Positions 60,981 through 64,000 of a stretch of 64,000 bases of DNA are shown here, piece by piece. Made by a program: the position numbers and the translations under genes. Every line of letters starts with the position of its first letter. Position 1 is the stretch's first letter. The stretch covers positions 108,518 to 172,517 of the forward strand of contig CAWJZV010000027.1 of the NCBI GenBank assembly GCA_963847445.1. The letters are read 5' to 3'. The notes beneath the pieces were generated by a model. That model was not told the DNA's origin and made no database searches. It saw only the letters and a program-made list of their open reading frames with translations. Source of the stretch: an uncultured delta proteobacterium (lineage in GTDB: Bacteria; Desulfobacterota; Binatia; UBA9968).

Positions 60981-63335
60981 TCAATCTCGCGTCGAGTCGA
61001 GGTCTCGCTCACTGCGCTCACGGCGCTGCGGCGCCGGTGCCGGTGTGGCTCTATCGCCGAATCCCCAATCTCTAAGGATGCCGCCCAACCAATCTTTCGC
61101 GGTGTCGATGACTGGATCCCAGACAGATTGGTACGGCCTTTCATAGGGGAAGCGGGACGCGGCGGCGACGAATTGGCTGTCGAGCGTGTGCTGAAAGAAA
61201 TCGCCCACCAGCAGCAAGGCGTTATGCGCGCCCTGGCCCCAGTAGTCGCTGCGCATGGTGATGCGCGAGTCGTTGAAGCCGACCCATGAGCCGGCGACGA
61301 GCCGCGCATGCATCAAGATGAACCAGCCGTCGGTGTTATCTTGCGTGGTGCCGGTCTTCCCGGCAACGTCGGCGCGCACGCCGAACTGGGCGCGCACCGG
61401 TTGCCCGGTGCCCTGGTCGATGGCGTCGCGCAGTATGTTGATCAGTTCGCCGGCGCTCTTGTCGGAAAGAACGCGCTGGGTTTCGCTGGCAAAGCTGACC
61501 AACTCGTTGCCGTTCTTATCGGTGATGCGGCTGACAAAAATCGGCGGTCGATATTGGCCGCCGGCGGCCAGGGTGCTGTAAGCGGAAACCATTTCCAGCA
61601 GAGTAACCGGGCTGGTGCCGAGCGCCAACGCCGGGACCTCCTCGAGCTTACTCTGGGTAATCCCCATCAATCGCGCCAGTTGGGCGGTTTTTATCGGGCC
61701 GATTTCCTGCATGACCTGGGCGGTGATCGTGTTCTTCGAGAAGATCAGACCTTCGCGCGCGGTCATTGATCGCCCGGTCGGCGCCGTGGCATCGGCAGGG
61801 CGCCAAACCTTGCCGCCGGGCAGGGAGATCTCCACCGCGCGGTCGACGAAGCGCTTATCGGGCGACATTCCCTGCTCGATGGCGGCGCCGTAAACGAACG
61901 GTTTGAAGGTCGAGCCCGGTTGCCGTCTGGCTTGCACGACATGATCGAATTGATCGGTCCTGAAGTCACGGCTGCCGACCCACGCCTTGACGTGACCGCT
62001 GGCCGGATCGATGGCGACGAAACCTGCCTGTAAACGGCTCTTCTCGGCGCGCAGCTTGCCGAGGAATTCCTTGTCGGTTTTCAACTTGGCCAATGCAGCT
62101 TCAGGCTTCGTCCCGGCCTCCAGCGCGCGGCGATAGGCCGGGCTTTCGCGGATAAAGGAATCGAACAACGCCGATTGGGTTTTCCAAAAATAACCGAACG
62201 GCTGCACGCGCCGCCTCTGCTGGACGTAGGTGTTGACTTCCGTCGATAATAATTGCTTCGAACTCATGCCCCACTCAACGTCGGCGACCGCTTGCAAGGA
62301 CTCCATCTGGCGATTTACCGCTTGGTTGGCAAGCGCCTGCAAACGCGAGTCGATGGTGGTGTGGACGATCAAGCCGTCGGTATAAATATTCTTGTCATTG
62401 CGGTCCGCCCAATCGATCAACCATTTGCGAATCTGCATGGCAAGATGCGGGATGGGGCCGAGGGCTTCCGGCTGGCGTTCGAAATCGAGCCGTATGGGGC
62501 GGAGTTTTTGCCGGTTGAATTCGGCCTCGCTCAACACGCCACGCTTGACCATTTGCCCCAACACGACGTTACGGCGCTGGAGCGAACGCTCGGGATTGAG
62601 CACCGGGTTGTAATACGCAGTGCCTTTCAACATGGCTATCAGGGTCGCGCTTTCGGCGACATCGAGCTTTCGCGCCGGCTTGTCGAAATAGGTGCGCGCG
62701 GCCATTTCGATGCCGAAGGCGTTGTACAAAAAAGGCATGGTATTGAGATAGGTCTCGAGGATTTCTTGTTTGCTATAGGCGAACTCGATCTTGATCGCGG
62801 TGATGGTCTCTTTTAATTTTCTTGTGACGGTGCGTTGGCGGCCAATTCCCTCGGGATACAAATTGCGCGCGAGTTGCTGGGTGAGCGTGGAGCCGCCCTG
62901 CGGATCACCGATCAATGTGCGCAGGATTCCGCTTGCCATGCGCAGCAAATCGACGCCGTAATGGTTGTAGAAGCGGTGGTCCTCGGTGGCGATCAGGGCC
63001 GTGATCACATGGGGCGAAATTTGATTTAATCGGACCCACTCGCGGTTCATTGGCTTAAGCGTCGCGAGGCGCCGGCCATCGGCGGAAACCAGCACGCTGG
63101 GTTGGTCGATTTTGGCTCGTCGTAGATCGGCGATGCTCGGCGTGAACGGGAGCAAAATGACGCCGTAAACCAACATGAGCGCCAGTCCAAGACCGCCCAA
63201 TAGCGCCAGTCCCTTGGCCCCATGCAGCAGTCTGGCCGGCATGCTCAAGCTAGGATCGAGGGCGGCGCGGATGTCGGCCGGCAGCCGATGGTACAAGCGT
63301 CTTAGTCGTCCGGCAGGGGGCGGGTTTTCAGCCAC
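60981..63335 (-). CDS. Class A penicillin-binding protein (PBP1A family)
   Basis: EDHRFY.H.G, GGSTLTQQL, RKLKE, GSTFKP (SxxK), SKN, KTGT. Confidence 0.95.
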   Translation of the reverse strand: MAENPPPAGRLRRLYHRLPADIRAALDPSLSMPARLLHGAKGLALLGGLGLALMLVYGVILLPFTPSIADLRRAKIDQPSVLVSADGRRLATLKPMNREWVRLNQISPHVITALIATEDHRFYNHYGVDLLRMASGILRTLIGDPQGGSTLTQQLARNLYPEGIGRQRTVTRKLKETITAIKIEFAYSKQEILETYLNTMPFLYNAFGIEMAARTYFDKPARKLDVAESATLIAMLKGTAYYNPVLNPERSLQRRNVVLGQMVKRGVLSEAEFNRQKLRPIRLDFERQPEALGPIPHLAMQIRKWLIDWADRNDKNIYTDGLIVHTTIDSRLQALANQAVNRQMESLQAVADVEWGMSSKQLLSTEVNTYVQQRRRVQPFGYFWKTQSALFDSFIRESPAYRRALEAGTKPEAALAKLKTDKEFLGKLRAEKSRLQAGFVAIDPASGHVKAWVGSRDFRTDQFDHVVQARRQPGSTFKPFVYGAAIEQGMSPDKRFVDRAVEISLPGGKVWRPADATAPTGRSMTAREGLIFSKNTITAQVMQEIGPIKTAQLARLMGITQSKLEEVPALALGTSPVTLLEMVSAYSTLAAGGQYRPPIFVSRITDKNGNELVSFASETQRVLSDKSAGELINILRDAIDQGTGQPVRAQFGVRADVAGKTGTTQDNTDGWFILMHARLVAGSWVGFNDSRITMRSDYWGQGAHNALLLVGDFFQHTLDSQFVAAASRFPYERPYQSVWDPVIDTAKDWLGGILRDWGFGDRATPAPAPQRRERSERDLDSTRD

Positions 63336-63525
63336 GATTATTCTCTTATTTCTGAGCCATCGCGTCGCAGTTCCAGCGCGGCAATCTGCTTAGACGAATG
63401 GGCGGTGACATAAGTTAATGTCACTGCCACCTATTCTATGTGATGGAAATAAGAACTAAAGGGGCGAGTAAGTGCTTCAGCTCTGCACCGCGACAATGGC
63501 TTATTTGGGCTCACCGAGCCTCTGT

Positions 63526-64000
63526 TCAGCACTTGCGGCAGATCAAATCCCCTTTGGGAAATGGCAGGAGGACGCAGTCTACGCGCGGATCGCTGTGCGC
63601 GTGTTCCAGGAGCTCCTTTTGGTAGCGCGGCGAAGTTACGTTATCGACGACGATCCAACCGCCGGGCACCAGGCGCGGAACAATTAACTCGTAGATCTTG
63701 GCGTTCAACTCAGGGGGCTCGATGTCGGAAAAGCAAAACGCGATATGGTCAAACGGGTGGCAAAGTCGAAAGCGTCGCCATGACAGACTTCGACCGTACC
63801 GGCCGCGCCGGCGCGGCTGATATTCTCTCTCGCCAAGGCGACCTTTTTTTCATTTAGATCGACCGTCGTGAGCGTCACACCGCGCGCGCGCGCTGCCAAT
63901 GACAGCCACAGACTAGAGTAGCCACCGCTGCTGCCGAGCTCGAGAAATGCGCCGGGCGGCGCCGACATCGCCAGCAGCGATAGGATACGCGCGACGTCGG
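63526..64000 (-). CDS. O-methyltransferase (frameshift near 63750; runs off window end)
   Basis: LELGSSGGYS.LWL, D.EK, L.PGG.IV.DNV.S. Confidence 0.82.

Noticed and set aside
63401-63428. Chromosomal dif site
   Set aside because: Only one arm resembles the XerD arm; the XerC arm and spacing do not fit.

Overview
GC-rich bacterial chromosomal window. The gene content (many orphan NMT1/SsuA-like, ABC_sub_bind and Bug substrate-binding proteins, class II aldolases, amidohydrolases, heptamer and REP-like repeats) resembles Ca. Binatia/Binatota-like Deltaproteobacteria; this assignment is an inference. Many genes are split by single-base indels, most likely uncorrected long-read errors. Core content includes ispF, acs, a class A PBP, an Hsp20 and a Rieske/cytochrome b6-type operon. 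That operon also encodes a membrane-anchored octaheme cytochrome c and an exported protein with an amicyanin-like C-x2-H-x2-M motif. Accessory content has four main parts: (i) a tandem array of orphan substrate-binding proteins (26.6-35.8 kb); (ii) a decayed type I R-M locus carrying an MNT gene and a four-helix-bundle gene flanked by heptamer repeats whose reverse complement lies inside the CDS; (iii) a nested cassette region (46.9-51.9 kb) with the 3' end of a GST gene present three times around two copies of a signal-peptide-bearing SAM-methyltransferase-fold gene; (iv) many gene stubs (IS91-like transposase, ParE toxin, GlxA, HsdM, retropepsin, aldolase). No rRNA, tRNA, CRISPR array, integrase or reverse transcriptase was recognised.
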